Part shown: positions 1 through 9,495 of the stretch, in pieces
Position numbering within the stretch: position 1 is the stretch's first letter
Layout of the letters: each line of letters opens with the position of its first letter
Assembly: GCA_964636285.1 (NCBI GenBank)
Contig: CAZWQF010000003.1
Span: forward strand, 5,226 to 69,225
Origin: an uncultured Candidatus Saccharibacteria bacterium
Lineage (GTDB): Bacteria > Patescibacteriota > WWE3 > UBA101185 > 2-01-FULL-41-18
Length of the DNA stretch: 64,000 bases
Reading direction: 5' to 3'
The notes under the pieces: generated by a model
The model's input: only the letters and a program-made list of their open reading frames with translations
Databases searched by the model: none
What the model was told of the DNA's origin: nothing
Translations under genes and position numbers: made by a program

Positions 1-165
1 ATGGATGACGGGCGACACACTAAAGTGGAGTTCAAAGAAACAAATGGAGGGACTGAGGTATTAGTGGAGTTCGATCCCGAAAACCAAAGCTCAACAGAAC
101 TTCAAAGAAAAGGCTGGCAAGCTATTAACGATAACTTCAAAAAATATGTAGAGCAAAATCTATAG
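1..165 (+). CDS. 3' end of a gene running in from upstream of the window (hypothetical protein; frame 1 is open from nt 1 to TAG at 163-165)
   Basis: Frame 1 has no stop until 163-165. The function cannot be assigned from 54 residues. Confidence 0.3.
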   Translation: MDDGRHTKVEFKETNGGTEVLVEFDPENQSSTELQRKGWQAINDNFKKYVEQNL

Positions 166-202
166 CAATCGCAACCTTTAAATCCTTGCATTTTTTATTA
201 AA

Positions 203-646
203 GTGGATAAATATTTAGGTATGCAAGAAAATAATCTTCAGCAAAATCAACCTACACAAGCAATTTTGGTACCAACAAGTATGACCAAAAGAGTTGTCCA
301 TGCAATTCTAGACTATATTTGTTATATTATTTTTTCGTTTGTATTTGGCTTTATGTTTGGGATTATAGGTTTGGCAAAGGTAATTGAGGATGCAAATGGA
401 ATTGTACTTGGCCTCATTCTTATGTTTGCTTACTTTATTCTTTTTGAAACAGTATGGGGAAAATCACCCGCAAAATTTATCACAAGAACAAAGGTAGTTA
501 ATGAAGACGGATCAAAACCAACCGCGTCAACAATTGCGCTTAGAACACTCTGTAGATTAATACCATTCGATTTTGTTTCGTTCTTTTCAAGCAACCCTAG
601 AGGCTGGCATGATAAGCTTTCAAAAACAATAGTAATAAATGACTAG
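203..646 (+). CDS. RDD-family-like small membrane protein
   Basis: Two hydrophobic helices are separated by a conserved R/D-containing loop (FETVWGKSPAKFITRTKVVNEDG), which resembles the RDD domain architecture. Confidence 0.5.
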   Translation: MDKYLGMQENNLQQNQPTQAILVPTSMTKRVVHAILDYICYIIFSFVFGFMFGIIGLAKVIEDANGIVLGLILMFAYFILFETVWGKSPAKFITRTKVVNEDGSKPTASTIALRTLCRLIPFDFVSFFSSNPRGWHDKLSKTIVIND

Positions 647-722
647 CAGTCTATATATTTTTCAGTAAATACTCCGCTATCCCTATTAACATATCTCTTA
701 GTACAAAATTACAAGGAGATAA

Positions 723-1295
723 ATGAATAAGAAAAATTTACTTGTTATCACAGCAGTATCTGTTGCACTTATTGGTAGTGCAGGAATGTTTTTTGCAAAC
801 AGTGTTTTTGCAGAATCACAAAATCAAAAATACCCAACAGTGATTCAGAAACTTGTTGAAAAGTTCAATTTAAACACTTCAGAGGTAGATAAAGTAATCG
901 CAGAAGTTAAGACTCAGAGGCACGCTGAAAGAAAAGCGGAGCAGGATCTAAGGCATAAAGAAATGGAAGGAAAATTGACTCAGGCAGTGAAAGAGGGAAA
1001 ACTGACTGAGGTTCAAAAGAGCAAAATACTTTCAAAATTATCTGAAATGCAAGCAGAAGCTGAAAAAAACAGAGAAGAATGGCAACCGGAAGGCTCTGCT
1101 AATCTAACTAATGATCAGAGAAAGGCAAAAATGGAAGAGAAAAGGAACCAAATGGAGAAAAGAAAAGCAGATTTTGAGTCATGGGAAAAGGAACTTGGAG
1201 TTGATGTCAACTCAATTCTTGGAAACGAATGGGGATTTGGCTTTGGGGGTAAAGGTGGTAAAGGATTTGGCCAAGGATACAGCTCTAAACACTAA
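723..1295 (+). CDS. secreted coiled-coil protein with a Gly-rich C-terminus (hypothetical)
   Basis: N-terminal signal peptide (LLVITAVSVALIGSAGMFFANSVFA); K/E-rich heptad-like middle; GFGFGGKGGKGFGQG tail. Confidence 0.5.
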   Translation: MNKKNLLVITAVSVALIGSAGMFFANSVFAESQNQKYPTVIQKLVEKFNLNTSEVDKVIAEVKTQRHAERKAEQDLRHKEMEGKLTQAVKEGKLTEVQKSKILSKLSEMQAEAEKNREEWQPEGSANLTNDQRKAKMEEKRNQMEKRKADFESWEKELGVDVNSILGNEWGFGFGGKGGKGFGQGYSSKH

Positions 1296-1374
1296 TTAGC
1301 AGCTTAATTAAAAAAACCTGGTAGCCTAGGTAAACTAGGCTACCACTGACACCAATTTCATGTATGATTAACAA

Positions 1375-2322
1375 ATGCTTACCACAATTGCGCTAACACT
1401 CTTAGCCTTCACTCTACTGTGGGTTGGTGCTGGACTAGCAATTAAAGGTATTACCAATATTTCTCACAGTTTTAAGCTCTCCTCATTTACGGTTTCTTTC
1501 TTTATTTTAGGGATTTTTACTTCTATGACCGAGATTCTGGTTGGTGTCTCCGCATTACTTGAAAACAAACCTGAAATTTATGTAGGTAATCTACTCGGTA
1601 GCTCTGCAGTTGTGTTTTTAGTAGTTCTTCCGTTTCTAGCCATTGCTGGAAATGGAGTTAAAATTTCAAGAAATCTTTCAGTAACTGATATATCAAAAAT
1701 TATTCTAGTTGCTTTTATACCTGCCCTTCTTACGTTTGATAATACTTTTAGTGTTTTAGATGCAATTATTGCTGTGCTCTCCTACTTTGCAGGGGCATTC
1801 ATTATCAGTACAAAAAGTAATCTTTTTGAGAAAATTTCTCATAAAGATGTTTCGCTCAAGACCCTTGTATTCAACCTGATTACAATTCTCACAGCACTTG
1901 CTCTTGTCTTTTTAGGAAGTCATCTTTTAGTAGATCAAATTCCTAACATAGGAAAATTATTTAAACTTTCTCCTTTTGTAATTAGCATTCTTATTGTCTC
2001 TTTAGGCACAAATGTACCGGAACTTTCAATTGCAGTAAGGTCAATATTCAACAAGCATAAAGAAATTGCAATTGGAACATACTTAGGTTCTGCGTTAGTA
2101 AATACATTAGAAATTGGAGTCTTGACGTTAATTAATGGAAATGGCGTTCTTGCTGAAGGATCTAACTTCTCTATAGCAATTTTTGGAATAGGTTTATTGT
2201 TATTTTTAATTTTCATAAAATCAAAACACGAGTTATCTAGAAAAGAAGGAATCTTGTTAGTTATTATTTATCTTTTATTTGCTTTTTTGGAATTAAACAC
2301 GGGTCCAGGATGGGTAATTTAG
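1375..2322 (+). CDS. Ca2+/Na+ antiporter, CaCA (YrbG-like) family
   Basis: Polytopic membrane protein with two alpha-repeat-like motifs (GNLLGSSAVV... and GTNVPELSIAV), as in cation/Ca2+ exchangers. Confidence 0.6.
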   Translation: MLTTIALTLLAFTLLWVGAGLAIKGITNISHSFKLSSFTVSFFILGIFTSMTEILVGVSALLENKPEIYVGNLLGSSAVVFLVVLPFLAIAGNGVKISRNLSVTDISKIILVAFIPALLTFDNTFSVLDAIIAVLSYFAGAFIISTKSNLFEKISHKDVSLKTLVFNLITILTALALVFLGSHLLVDQIPNIGKLFKLSPFVISILIVSLGTNVPELSIAVRSIFNKHKEIAIGTYLGSALVNTLEIGVLTLINGNGVLAEGSNFSIAIFGIGLLLFLIFIKSKHELSRKEGILLVIIYLLFAFLELNTGPGWVI

Positions 2323-2323
2323 T

Positions 2324-3487
2324 ATGACACTTTCAAACGATCAAGAATTAGCATTAAATACTTTGCTTCATTGGTATTCCCAAAAAGACAAAAAACAGTT
2401 TATTACATTAGGAGGATTTGCCGGTACGGGAAAATCAACTTTAATCAGTATTTTTAAAAATGAAATTTCAAAAATTGATAGATTAACAAAAGTGGCATTC
2501 TGCAGTTACACGGGAAGAGCTGCACAAAACTTAAAAAATAAATTAAAAGACAACAGCTCACTATCTTCAAAAGATACAATTAGCACCATCCACGGGCTTA
2601 TCTATAAACCTATTGAAGATAAAAATCAGGAGATTGTGGGTTGGGATAGAAAAGAAGAATTAGACCACAGCTTGATTATTGTTGATGAGGCATCAATGGT
2701 AGACGCAGAAATATGGAAAGACCTTCTTTGGTATAACAAGCCTATAATCGCGGTTGGAGATCATGGGCAGCTTCCACCAATTAGAGGGAGCTTTAATTTG
2801 ATGGAAAATCCTGAAATAAAGCTAACCCACATCCATAGACAGGCTGAAGATAACCCGATTATCAAAGTTTCAGAACTTGCCAGAAATATTGGAGAAATTC
2901 CCGTGGGGAATTATGGGAAAAAAGTTGTTAAATATTCGCTATCTGATTCTTTTGCACAAGAAACTAATAGAGAACTTCTAGAAAACTACAACGCAGAGAC
3001 TTTAATTTTGTGTGGATACAATTCTACGCGAATAAAAATTAATAAATTTATCAGAGGGAGACTTGGATTTGAAGATGAACTTCCTGCAAGAGGGGACAGG
3101 GTTATTTGTCTGAGAAATAATCACAGGAAAGGAGTTTACAACGGAATGCTTGGAACAATTTTATATATTTCCCTTAAAGAGAAAGACTGGTATAGCGTAG
3201 AAATTGAGATGGATGATAACGAAAGGGGATACAGCGGTCTTGTTTACGCCCCTCAATTTGGTGCCCAGACTGCAATAAACTTTACAGAAAATAGAAAAAA
3301 CGCCGGAAAAGGGGATTTGTTTGATTTTGGTTATGCCTTAACGGTTCATAAAGCACAAGGAAGCCAAGCAAAAAGGGTAGTTATGTTTGAAGAAAGATTT
3401 AAACAGGTTGATAACGAAATGTGGAAACGATGGCTATACACTGGAGTTACTAGAGCCCAGGAAGAACTCTATCTATTTGGTCAGTGA
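2324..3487 (+). CDS. RecD-like / AAA_30 superfamily-1 DNA helicase (short form)
   Basis: Walker A GGFAGTGKST; DExx-like IIVDEASMVD; C-terminal UvrD_C_2-type motif ALTVHKAQGSQAKRVV. Confidence 0.7.
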   Translation: MTLSNDQELALNTLLHWYSQKDKKQFITLGGFAGTGKSTLISIFKNEISKIDRLTKVAFCSYTGRAAQNLKNKLKDNSSLSSKDTISTIHGLIYKPIEDKNQEIVGWDRKEELDHSLIIVDEASMVDAEIWKDLLWYNKPIIAVGDHGQLPPIRGSFNLMENPEIKLTHIHRQAEDNPIIKVSELARNIGEIPVGNYGKKVVKYSLSDSFAQETNRELLENYNAETLILCGYNSTRIKINKFIRGRLGFEDELPARGDRVICLRNNHRKGVYNGMLGTILYISLKEKDWYSVEIEMDDNERGYSGLVYAPQFGAQTAINFTENRKNAGKGDLFDFGYALTVHKAQGSQAKRVVMFEERFKQVDNEMWKRWLYTGVTRAQEELYLFGQ

Positions 3488-3540
3488 GTATATTTGAACA
3501 TACAGAAGGTCTTAATTATATTTTATAATTTATAGATAAT

Positions 3541-4143
3541 ATGAAAATACCAGAACTTGTACTTTTTGATTTTGGTGGGGTGCTAATTGACTACCCGCAT
3601 CAGTTTATTACCGCCTTAAAAGAGCTTGGTACGAATACAAAAAGCTTTGATAAAGGTTTTGATGATCACGTTGATGAGCTTACATTAGGAAGAATGTCAC
3701 CTCAAGAATTATATAAACTTGTTTTATTCGAACAAAACTTTCTATTTAACCCTGATTATGATTTTCTAACTGCCTGGGTTAAAGATTACTCCAGAATAGA
3801 GCCTACTTTTGAGCTAGTAGTCAAATTAAGCAATATAACAAAGGTTGGCATACTCTCAAATATATAAGCAGGAATTATCCCAAAATCTATCGAAATGGGT
3901 CTTATTCCAAACATAGCGTACAGTTATATGTTCTTGTCGTGCCAAATTGGTCTTCAAAAACCTTTCAAAGAAATATATAACCATGTTGAAAATTCAACCG
4001 GACTAAAACCAGACCAAATATTGTTTATTGATGACCAGGAAGATTATTTGCAAGGAGCTATTAATAATGGATGGAGGACGTTCTTGTTTAACAAAAACTC
4101 TCAGGAAGAAAGCTGTAAGAAATTCGAAGACCTAATAATTTAA
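3541..4143 (+). pseudogene. HAD-IA family hydrolase interrupted by an in-frame TAA (3865-3867); the ORF track splits it into 3541..3867 and 3895..4143
   Basis: Motif I LVLFDFGGVLID and motif II GILSN lie immediately before the stop. In the same frame, motif III (GLQKP) and motif IV (LFIDDQEDYLQGAINNG) lie after it. Confidence 0.6.
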
Positions 4144-4295
4144 TATAGACACAATCGAGACTATTTTATATTTTCACGTAAGATCCATAGCTAATTGTAG
4201 GGTGCCTTAATCAAACATAGACCCCTATCTATGCTTTAGTAGCAGCCAAAAACTCTTTACACAGAAAATAACTGAGAGTACGCTGATATAAAGGT

Positions 4296-6500
4296 ATGAA
4301 CCAAAAAGGCTTTGCCCACATCCTTATCATACTCGTTGTTTTAGGAGCTTTTGTCTCTGCAATGTTTGCATCCTACAAGGTGTATGAATACTATGTAACC
4401 TCTGGTCAAGTTGCAGGAGCTTCTTCAAACAAGGCGCCAACACTCAAATTAGTCACATCAATACCAAGAAATTCTGCTGTAAGCACTCCTGAGATTGTAT
4501 TAAACACGAATATGGATGGAAAAGTTACATATTCAGGAGTTTGCGTAGGCAATCTCAGGGAGGTTAAAACAGGAAGAAACACTATCAGGTTTAGCGAGCT
4601 TCCAACAGGAACTTACCAAAACTGCAAAGTAAAAGTGACAACACCGTCTGGAAAAAATTCAACTGTAACAATAGCAAAGTTTATTATTATTGCAGAGGCT
4701 AAACCGCTGCCAGCCCCTACACCTACTCCAACTCTAGCAGCTGCTCCAGTCCCAAGCTCTGCAAAAATTTCCACTGCAACTGTTGAAACAATTACAGAGA
4801 TTACACTTACACCAACACCAGTACCAACGGGCACACCTACACCCACGACATCACCAACTCCAAGCCCCACTCCAACCCCAACTCCTACGCCATCACCAAC
4901 CATTGCCGCTGCCCCTTCTTATTTTTCTGGACTTAGCTCAGTCATGACCTACCCTGCAAACGCAGTCTTCTCATTTGACTCTTCGCTCTCAACAAACTCA
5001 TACCAAATTGATGTCTCAACATATGCGGATATGTCATGGGATGTTTACATGTCATTTGGTTCAGGAAACTCTAATGTAATAACAGTCACAGACCCATCAA
5101 AATGGGATAAATACACATGCGGAAAGACTTTGTACTGGAGAGTTAGAACTCTTGACGGAAAAACCAGCCAAGCAAACCCCGGTATAAAAGCCACAACTGT
5201 TCAGTGCCCTTCGCCAACGCCTACTCCAATAAACTCAATGGGATTTGCAAACTTAACTGCGGGGCTTCTACAAAACTCAGCAAACTTTTCGTTTACAAAA
5301 ACAGTCTCATCAACAATGTATTACATAGACCTTTCAACAGTTTCAGATATGTCAACTGATGTTTATCTGTCATTTGGCCAATCAACAAGTAGTCCAATTC
5401 AAGTAACAAATCCAACAAAATGGGATAAGTATACTTGCGGAAAGACTTTGTATTGGAGGGTTAGGGCCCAAAACGCACTTACTAGCGTAGTAGATCAGGG
5501 AGTCCAAAAAGCAACAGTCGCTTGTGCAACTCCCACACCCACTCCAACGCCAACAGCTACGCCTACCCCAATACCTGTTCCTCCTGCGGACACATCAACT
5601 TATACTAAAAAAGTACTCCTTGTTATATACAACCCAATAATCGAGGCACAACAAAATAAAAAACTAACTGCTGTAAAAGGTTGGAGAGACCCTGACGCAC
5701 TAACTGCAACATTTATGAATAGTATGAGATCGGTAAGTAAGGGGATGGTTAACTATACAATTGCCGAAAGAATAGAATACGATGCATTCCCAACCAAAAC
5801 TGATGGGTTTACATACACAGACTCTTCCTACCTCTCATGCGCAAGTGGAGGAAGTTGTCATAACCCAGACCTTTCAAACTACCAAAAAATGATTCAGGAC
5901 TCAGGTGCCTGTGCAAAAAGGAATGCTGGAACAATTGATGAACTTTGGATTTGGGGAGGGCCATGGTTTGGGTTTTATGAATCGAATCTAGCTGGACCAA
6001 ACGCATACTGGTACAATTCGTCACCAACAACTGGAACAACCTGTACAAAACTCCTTCCAGTAATGGGCTTTAGCTACGAAAGATCAGAGGAAGAGATGTT
6101 TGAAGACTTTGGTCATAGGTTTGAATCGGCAATGGTAAGAGTATATGGAACTTGGCTTGTGAACGAGTACACACCTTGGAACAAATTCTCACTACTTAAC
6201 AAAGACATGCCAGGGAAAGGTGGGTGCGGAAATTCCCATTCAGGAGTTAATGGGAATGGTGGCTATGACAGAACCAACACAAGCACCGTAACATCCTCAT
6301 GCGAAGACTTTGCTCAAAACTTTCCTTACCTTAGAGGTACTACATCGCAGATCAGTTGCTCTGCTTGGGGCTGCAATACTCTGAACTACTTTAAGTGGTA
6401 CTTTGGCCATATTCCAAACAAATCGGGCACTAACGGCACAAAGCTGAACAACTGGTGGAGATACATTATTAACCCAGACGAACCGAACACCTACAGATAA
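4296..6500 (+). CDS. large cell-surface protein: N-terminal anchor, Pro/Thr-rich linkers, two tandem copies of a ~120-aa domain, Cys/Trp-rich C-terminal domain
   Basis: Signal/anchor helix; (TP)n linkers; two repeats each ending KWDKYTCGKTLYWRVR; C-terminal about 330 aa with many Cys and Trp. Confidence 0.6.
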   Translation: MNQKGFAHILIILVVLGAFVSAMFASYKVYEYYVTSGQVAGASSNKAPTLKLVTSIPRNSAVSTPEIVLNTNMDGKVTYSGVCVGNLREVKTGRNTIRFSELPTGTYQNCKVKVTTPSGKNSTVTIAKFIIIAEAKPLPAPTPTPTLAAAPVPSSAKISTATVETITEITLTPTPVPTGTPTPTTSPTPSPTPTPTPTPSPTIAAAPSYFSGLSSVMTYPANAVFSFDSSLSTNSYQIDVSTYADMSWDVYMSFGSGNSNVITVTDPSKWDKYTCGKTLYWRVRTLDGKTSQANPGIKATTVQCPSPTPTPINSMGFANLTAGLLQNSANFSFTKTVSSTMYYIDLSTVSDMSTDVYLSFGQSTSSPIQVTNPTKWDKYTCGKTLYWRVRAQNALTSVVDQGVQKATVACATPTPTPTPTATPTPIPVPPADTSTYTKKVLLVIYNPIIEAQQNKKLTAVKGWRDPDALTATFMNSMRSVSKGMVNYTIAERIEYDAFPTKTDGFTYTDSSYLSCASGGSCHNPDLSNYQKMIQDSGACAKRNAGTIDELWIWGGPWFGFYESNLAGPNAYWYNSSPTTGTTCTKLLPVMGFSYERSEEEMFEDFGHRFESAMVRVYGTWLVNEYTPWNKFSLLNKDMPGKGGCGNSHSGVNGNGGYDRTNTSTVTSSCEDFAQNFPYLRGTTSQISCSAWGCNTLNYFKWYFGHIPNKSGTNGTKLNNWWRYIINPDEPNTYR

Positions 6501-6519
6501 TAAGTGCTACAATTTCCTA

Positions 6520-7509
6520 ATGAACAATTCCGCATCAGAAATTCTTGAACAGCTACAAAGCGCTAAGAATGTTTTAATTAACATGGATACCAGAACCGAT
6601 TTTGATGCGCTTGGGTGTTCGGTAGTATTTTCAAAATTCTTGGATACACGTGGAATTCAAAATAAAGTTATACATGCAAACAAAATTAAACCAACTTTTG
6701 AAGGTATATTTTCATATTCGAATATAAAACAGGAAACTGACATCTCCACAGAAGATCTCACAAAATATGATTATGTAATTTTCCTTGATTCGGGAAGCAA
6801 AAGCCACATCTCAGTAAAGGAAGGTTATGAACTTCCGATAAATGTAAAAACCATTAATTTTGACCACCACTCAACAAACGAATCGTTTGGGACATATAAT
6901 TATGTATTTAAATTAGGTTCGTGCAGTTCGGTTTTATATAAGTTTTTTAATGAGATAAAATTTGAGACTCCAAATGAATATTTTGAAATTCTATCAATGG
7001 GACTTCTGACCGACACCGGTTTTTTTAAGTATGACTCCTGTACGTCATTTGAATTCAGGTTTGCTGCTGACATGATAGATAGGGGAGTAAGTATTGCGGA
7101 AAGAATCTCTAAATTATCAAGCTATGAGCATATAGACCAGATAAAGTACAAGGAGCTTGTCTATAGAAATCTATCTGTAAATAAGGAGAAAAAGTATGCT
7201 TACTCACTGGTTACTTTGAGTGAGATTAAGTCGGCTGGAATAGATATGGATAAAGTATTTGTGAGGCATTCAGATTTAATCAAATACATTATTGAAACTG
7301 ACTTTTCCTTTGTTATTTCTGAAACGGATAGTAACCCAAAATATTTTGAAGTAAGTTTTAGATCTAAGACTCCCGATATTGATGTCAAAAAATATGCTCA
7401 AGCGTTAGGTGGAGGAGGGCATATCACAGGAGCAGGTGCAAAGCTTTATGATGCTACAAGCATTAATGATGCGCTGTTGAAAGTCTTATCAATAATTGAA
7501 TCTAATTAA
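6520..7509 (+). CDS. nrnA: DHH/DHHA1 phosphoesterase (NrnA-like nanoRNase/pAp phosphatase)
   Basis: DHH motif INFDHHSTN; DHHA1 motif GGGGHITGAG. Confidence 0.7.
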   Translation: MNNSASEILEQLQSAKNVLINMDTRTDFDALGCSVVFSKFLDTRGIQNKVIHANKIKPTFEGIFSYSNIKQETDISTEDLTKYDYVIFLDSGSKSHISVKEGYELPINVKTINFDHHSTNESFGTYNYVFKLGSCSSVLYKFFNEIKFETPNEYFEILSMGLLTDTGFFKYDSCTSFEFRFAADMIDRGVSIAERISKLSSYEHIDQIKYKELVYRNLSVNKEKKYAYSLVTLSEIKSAGIDMDKVFVRHSDLIKYIIETDFSFVISETDSNPKYFEVSFRSKTPDIDVKKYAQALGGGGHITGAGAKLYDATSINDALLKVLSIIESN

Positions 7510-7543
7510 GACCCAATGGCTTTTTTAGAGTTTAATAATTTGT

Positions 7544-8011
7544 ATGATGTGCATAATGGATTTCCAAAATATTTTGGACACATTTAATTTAGGGCTCAAA
7601 GTTAAGGAATTCTCACAATCCACAAAATCAGCTCAAGATGTTGCAAATACCCTAGGGTGCAGCTTGCCTCAAATTGCAAAATCAATTGTTTTCAAAACAC
7701 AAGAATCGCCAGTGCTTGTAGTTACATCAGGCTCGAATAAGGTTGACACATTTAAAGTTGAGCAACATATTGGTACAAAGATAGAAAAGGCTACTCCAGA
7801 TTACGTATTCTCTGAAACGGGATTTATTGTGGGAGGTGTTGCTCCTGTAGGGCACAAAAAGCTATTTCCAATTCTTATAGATCAGGACTTAATGCAGTAC
7901 GCAGAGGTATGGGCTGCCGCTGGAAGCTCGAATGCAGTGTTCAAACTTACTCCAAGTCAGCTGGTTTTGATAACTAAAGGAGTAGTGGCAGACGTAAAAC
8001 TATCTAGCTAA
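7544..8011 (+). CDS. YbaK/ProX-type aminoacyl-tRNA deacylase domain protein
   Basis: Its size and the motifs ...SIVFKT...LVVTSG...GFIVGGVAPVGH match YbaK-like editing domains. Confidence 0.6.
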   Translation: MMCIMDFQNILDTFNLGLKVKEFSQSTKSAQDVANTLGCSLPQIAKSIVFKTQESPVLVVTSGSNKVDTFKVEQHIGTKIEKATPDYVFSETGFIVGGVAPVGHKKLFPILIDQDLMQYAEVWAAAGSSNAVFKLTPSQLVLITKGVVADVKLSS

Positions 8012-8560
8012 TTTAGCTGCAGTTTTTTCTAGCAAAACAAGATACCCATCAATGAGCAGTATTAGCTTTTTCTGTTTGTGATATTTTCTAAACTCTTCAA
8101 GTCGTGACCTCTCAACTTCAAACTTTCTTATTGGACTAGCGCTAAATTTATACAAAAAGCTAGGTCCAAACTCTTTTACTTGATCCACAGTCTGAAACAT
8201 ATTGTGCAAAATGTCAGCTAGTTTAACTAAAACCGCCTCCTTACTTAGTGTTTTTATTTTTCCAAATGATTCAGCTTTTCTCTTTTCCCAGCTTTTTGAT
8301 TTGTCTGACTCAGAGCACTCAAAAACAATTTTTGCTACCCTAACGCCAAATTTCTTTTTAAGTTCGTCTACAGTAGTGTTGGTATCCTCAAGAACATCAT
8401 GAAGTACACCAGCAGCTAAAATTTCATTATCAGATGTGAATTCGGAGAGAATTAGGGCAACCGAAAGAGGGTGGGAAATAAAAGGTGTGACGTTATCTTT
8501 TCTAAGCTGTTTTGCATGCCTAGAAGTAGCAAACTGAATGGCTTGAAGTAACTTATCCAT
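8000..8560 (-). CDS. small HD-domain (HD_4-type) guanosine polyphosphate hydrolase-like protein
   Basis: RHAKQLRKDNVTPFISHPLSVA ... GVLHDVLEDT is the His...HD signature of RelA/SpoT-type hydrolase domains. No synthetase domain is present. Confidence 0.6.
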   Translation of the reverse strand: MDKLLQAIQFATSRHAKQLRKDNVTPFISHPLSVALILSEFTSDNEILAAGVLHDVLEDTNTTVDELKKKFGVRVAKIVFECSESDKSKSWEKRKAESFGKIKTLSKEAVLVKLADILHNMFQTVDQVKEFGPSFLYKFSASPIRKFEVERSRLEEFRKYHKQKKLILLIDGYLVLLEKTAAKLAR

Positions 8561-8621
8561 TCGAGTTAGTATATACCCCTATTCAAATTCAATACAATTG
8601 GTAAAATACCCGTATTAAAAT

Positions 8622-8930
8622 ATGTCAAAAAAAGAGAAGAAAAATGTAAAAACTCAAGAATCTACTGCTACTGAGGCAAATAAAGAAGCGCAGATTAGCC
8701 AAGTAAATGTCAGAAAATCTAATGGAACCAGCCAGTTCAAATCAAATCTCAGAGCAGGTACGGTTATGTTAATTTCTATGATTTTGATGCTTGCAATGTG
8801 CTTTATAGCTTATAAAGTATTTTTTGGCTCAAGTGAATTGTACAACTCCGCGAATAACATTAATGTAGACGGATTAAATAACCTTTCTGTACCAGATTCA
8901 AAAATCTTAAATGAGAGTCCCGGCCTGTGA
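8622..8930 (+). CDS. hypothetical protein with one transmembrane helix
   Basis: ORF with a central hydrophobic helix; no recognisable motif. Confidence 0.35.
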   Translation: MSKKEKKNVKTQESTATEANKEAQISQVNVRKSNGTSQFKSNLRAGTVMLISMILMLAMCFIAYKVFFGSSELYNSANNINVDGLNNLSVPDSKILNESPGL

Positions 8931-8982
8931 GTGCTTACATAAAGCAAGTTGCAAGCACACACAAGCCAAAAGACCCATTCGT

Positions 8983-9333
8983 TTACAGTCTGGCTGGCAT
9001 CAGAACTCTGTGACCCTTGTAAAAAACGGATCCCTCAGCAATTCTGAGATTTAGATCCTCATCGCCTGGCACTCTGTAATTCCCATCCGTCATACCGCAA
9101 CTGTCAATAAAGTCAGCTACGCCAGACGAGAGCTCAGAGTACTTAACAAATCCAGATCCGCCAACACCTTCAGGTAGGACAACTAAGTTCCCACCTAAAG
9201 TAACACTTCCCCCTTGAATCTTTAAAACCCCCAGCATCGTATCCACTGTAAACGCTCCCAAAGTACCAACAAACGCTAGCACAGTGGACTGACACCTGGG
9301 TTCCAGATCCTCAAACATCACATACTTGGACAT
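8983..9333 (-). CDS. hypothetical small protein, GC-rich, paralogous to 9496..9777
   Basis: Strong RBS (plus-strand CTCCTT just 3' of the start codon at 9333, i.e. AAGGAG upstream on the coding strand). It shares ...QSTVL/ILE...GT.GAF/TFSV...G.VTL.G..V..P with the neighbouring gene. The local GC content is much higher than that of its flanks. Confidence 0.5.
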   Translation of the reverse strand: MSKYVMFEDLEPRCQSTVLAFVGTLGAFTVDTMLGVLKIQGGSVTLGGNLVVLPEGVGGSGFVKYSELSSGVADFIDSCGMTDGNYRVPGDEDLNLRIAEGSVFYKGHRVLMPARL

Positions 9334-9495
9334 GGGCCTTTCTCCTTGGTGATTTGCACTATTTTATTAATACTTTGATTCAAATGCTGTTAATAATACC
9401 GTCATTTATTTGAGTGAAATCTAACAATCTGGGAGGGGACAAAATGCCCGCCGATCTGGATATCAACGGGCATTAATGTTTTGGCGTTTTCAGAG

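Noticed and set aside
1111-1299. Numerous short ORFs embedded in or antisense to confident genes (for example 1111..1299, 1935..2216, 5809..6048, 7200..7388, 8202..8402, 10535..10717, 11022..11264, 24196..24585, 33915..34139, 38804..39082, 42031..42446, 42878..43264, 52779..53180, 58098..58403, 59529..59813, 61675..61944)
   Set aside because: They overlap better-supported genes in other frames or strands, lack RBSs, and have no motifs. I treat them as spurious.
4613-4903. Minus-strand 96-aa ORF (GVGVGV...) inside the surface-protein gene
   Set aside because: It is the antisense reading of the Pro/Thr-encoding low-complexity repeat. It is a low-complexity artefact with no RBS.
9334-9495. Possible small RNA or third paralogue between the two GC-rich small genes
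   Set aside because: I see only a short ORF (9481..9678) overlapping the downstream gene on the opposite strand, and no convincing structure. The evidence is insufficient.
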